DNA from: Ylistrum balloti | Taxonomy: Eukaryota | Length of the DNA: 64,000 nt | NCBI RefSeq assembly: GCF_031769215.1 | Contig: NW_026782326.1 | Location: 779,432-843,431, forward strand | Direction of reading: 5' to 3' | In this document: positions 62,411-64,000 of the stretch, piece after piece | Numbering within the stretch: position 1 is the stretch's first letter | Layout of the letters: each line of letters opens with the position of its first letter | The notes under the pieces: model-generated | The model's input: only the letters and a program-made list of their open reading frames with translations | What the model was told of the DNA's origin: nothing | Databases searched by the model: none | Translations under genes and position numbers: made by a program

Positions 62411-62488
62411 GGGCTACTTGACGACGCGTTGGCTGTAGACACGCGCGAAGATAGTTTCGCTTACCGCGTCACATCTGCATGTAGGAAA

Positions 62489-63772
62489 ATGTCGGATACT
62501 GATTCTGAGTCAGAGAGCATCGAGGAGTTCCAGATCAAACGGTACTTGAACAAAGATTTCGGACAGGGAATAAAACAAGCGAAAGCTCTCCAAAACACCC
62601 ACAGTGGTATAAAGAAACAGCCCGGATTCTATAAACTTCAAGATCGAAAACATTGGTCACAAGATGGGAAATCGTACGCCGGAAAACATTGGGATGTGGA
62701 GGGTGCGGTTCCCTTAGGAAGAGCGACTCGGCGACTTACAATTCATCATATTAACGCAGAGGTTAACAAAGAGAAAGCAAGAAAGGTTACATTAGAAGAA
62801 TCTGAGAAAACGATAGCCAGTCAAACACTTAGTCCCTTGAACGAAGAATTCAATGATACGTTACGCTTCAGTGAGAAAAAGATGAAAACAAAAGAAGCGT
62901 CCATGAAAAATCAGCAAGCTAAGGTCAAGGATGATATGCAACTTCAGTTACTACATTATACACACGCTGGTTTGGTTGCCATGGAAACAGAGGAAGAACG
63001 TTATAACCAGATTAAATTGCTACGAGCAATGCTAAGCAACGTTGATAAATCTCCTAGTGTGGAAGATTTAGTCGACGCAATGGCCGAAACAAACCAGAAA
63101 AGGAGTTACATCAACAGGGATTTAGAGGAAGCGTTCGGAAAGCTTATTGAGGATGAAAGGAGTCTGGATGATGATTACCGTGAAGCCATGATGGAAATGC
63201 TAGACGAGTCTCTTATAAGAGTTGTCTTAAATAAGGATAGGGACATAACGAAGAAGATGTCGGAGGATGAACAGAAAGAGCGAGTAATGGAACAGAACAA
63301 TTTATTCAAAGACCAGCAAAGAGCAAAAGCTATGAAAAACTTTGAGAAGGTTCTGGCAGATATGAAGCGAATTTATCAACAAGTCCTCGACGAGGAAGAA
63401 GAAATCGAAGAACGCTACAAAGATAAAGTGAGAGAATTGAAGTTCAAGGTACAGGAGGAACTTGTTAGAAAAATCGCCGTCAAATGGGTGCAGAAAGCAT
63501 GTGCCGACGAAAAAACTCGTCGGATACAAGAATTTGAAAATGCGGGTACTACCAAAAATAAGGTCGCCTGGGAGGCTATGAAGAATTTGATGAGCAGAGT
63601 ACAACGGCAAATGATCCTCTCAAAATTTGACGGCAAATGGATTGATTTTAAAGAAAAGGAGAAAGCAAAGATGCACGAGCTGTTTCCGGAAACTGACCAG
63701 GACAGGAAAATTCGAGAAATGAGAACAAAGTCACGTCGTCCATCTTGTGTTGTGAGAGGTGGTGATGACTGA
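62489..63772 (+). CDS. intronless coiled-coil/charged protein, 427 aa (MSDTDSESESIEEFQIKRYLNKDF... ...RRPSCVVRGGDD*)
   Basis: first in-frame ATG (gaaaATGt) at 62489 (ORF-track start at 62387 is TTG); uninterrupted to TGA 63770-63772; AATAAA 63850-63855; E/K/R-rich heptad-like segments (EEEEIEERYKDKVRELKFKVQEELVRK). Confidence 0.6.
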   Translation: MSDTDSESESIEEFQIKRYLNKDFGQGIKQAKALQNTHSGIKKQPGFYKLQDRKHWSQDGKSYAGKHWDVEGAVPLGRATRRLTIHHINAEVNKEKARKVTLEESEKTIASQTLSPLNEEFNDTLRFSEKKMKTKEASMKNQQAKVKDDMQLQLLHYTHAGLVAMETEEERYNQIKLLRAMLSNVDKSPSVEDLVDAMAETNQKRSYINRDLEEAFGKLIEDERSLDDDYREAMMEMLDESLIRVVLNKDRDITKKMSEDEQKERVMEQNNLFKDQQRAKAMKNFEKVLADMKRIYQQVLDEEEEIEERYKDKVRELKFKVQEELVRKIAVKWVQKACADEKTRRIQEFENAGTTKNKVAWEAMKNLMSRVQRQMILSKFDGKWIDFKEKEKAKMHELFPETDQDRKIREMRTKSRRPSCVVRGGDD

Positions 63773-63849
63773 ATCTATTTCGTTATCACCAGAATAAGTG
63801 GGCGTTTCCCAGTCAGACACTTGTAATCTGTACTTATATTGAGGGGCTT

Positions 63850-63855
63850 AATAAA
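63850..63855 (+). other. polyadenylation signal AATAAA
   Basis: 78 nt after stop of 62489-63772 ORF. Confidence 0.5.
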
Positions 63856-64000
63856 CGTTACACATGCAAACTATTGTTTATATTATTGTACAGTAAATAG
63901 AACGATCAGCAGTGTCGTTAACTCTACATACAGATAGAGCATTATCTCACTTCCTGTTATAATCTAGTCTAAAGTCGATACTTTGATTTTGAAATCTAGT

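Noticed and set aside
62387-62488. ORF-track N-terminal extension MSFVTSCLGLL... of the 62387-63772 ORF
   Set aside because: The codon at 62387-62389 is TTG, not ATG. The track evidently allows alternative starts (the same applies at 22063 TTG and 16984 GTG). The first real ATG is at 62489.
1-64000. CRISPR arrays among the many short tandem repeats
   Set aside because: The repeats are contiguous with no unique spacers and lie in a spliced eukaryotic genome, so they are not CRISPR.

Overview
This is eukaryotic nuclear DNA, not prokaryotic. It is AT-rich and intron-rich with GT-AG splice sites and AATAAA signals, and it looks invertebrate, possibly molluscan; the organism was not identified. 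More than a quarter of the window is satellite or minisatellite arrays. Annotation had to be done by splice-site and phase reasoning, because the supplied ORF track opens ORFs at TTG/GTG/CTG codons.

Genes recognised:
- **NDH-2 (+ strand, 764-2092):** the last three coding exons of a type-II alternative NADH dehydrogenase (NDI1/NDA-like).
- **Unknown gene (- strand, 9180-13035):** four exons joined in consistent phase, product not recognised.
- **TIR cassette (16013-17023):** a ~1 kb unit bounded by ~60-bp terminal inverted repeats that carries a small intronless C2H2 zinc-finger ORF with a Kozak ATG and an AATAAA signal.
- **Giant exon (- strand, 17942-22126):** 4.2 kb, entered through a clean acceptor, encoding a wholly low-complexity protein built from five different tandem peptide arrays: NOLC1-like acidic/basic 67-aa units, CTD-like SP(A/T)Y repeats, an FG-rich Q/S/N region, [14 protein letters not shown] units, and RS dodecapeptides.
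- **PARP4-like gene (- strand, about 25.3-53.6 kb):** at least 32 exons encoding BRCT, PARP regulatory and catalytic, VIT and vWA (MIDAS DMSNS) domains, followed by in-phase downstream exons that encode a ubiquitin-like domain.
- **Intronless coiled-coil ORF (+ strand, 62489-63772):** preceded by a cluster of CRE (TGACGTCA/CGTCA) sites and followed by AATAAA.

Other notable structure:
- A 37-bp intronic array that tandemly duplicates the exon-end plus GT donor of a vWA exon.
- An A5 homopolymer that breaks the conserved VIT reading frame.
- Two degenerate tRNA-like SINE heads.
- A Penelope-like GIY-YIG endonuclease remnant next to a 4.6-kb satellite.
- Several interspersed repeat families.
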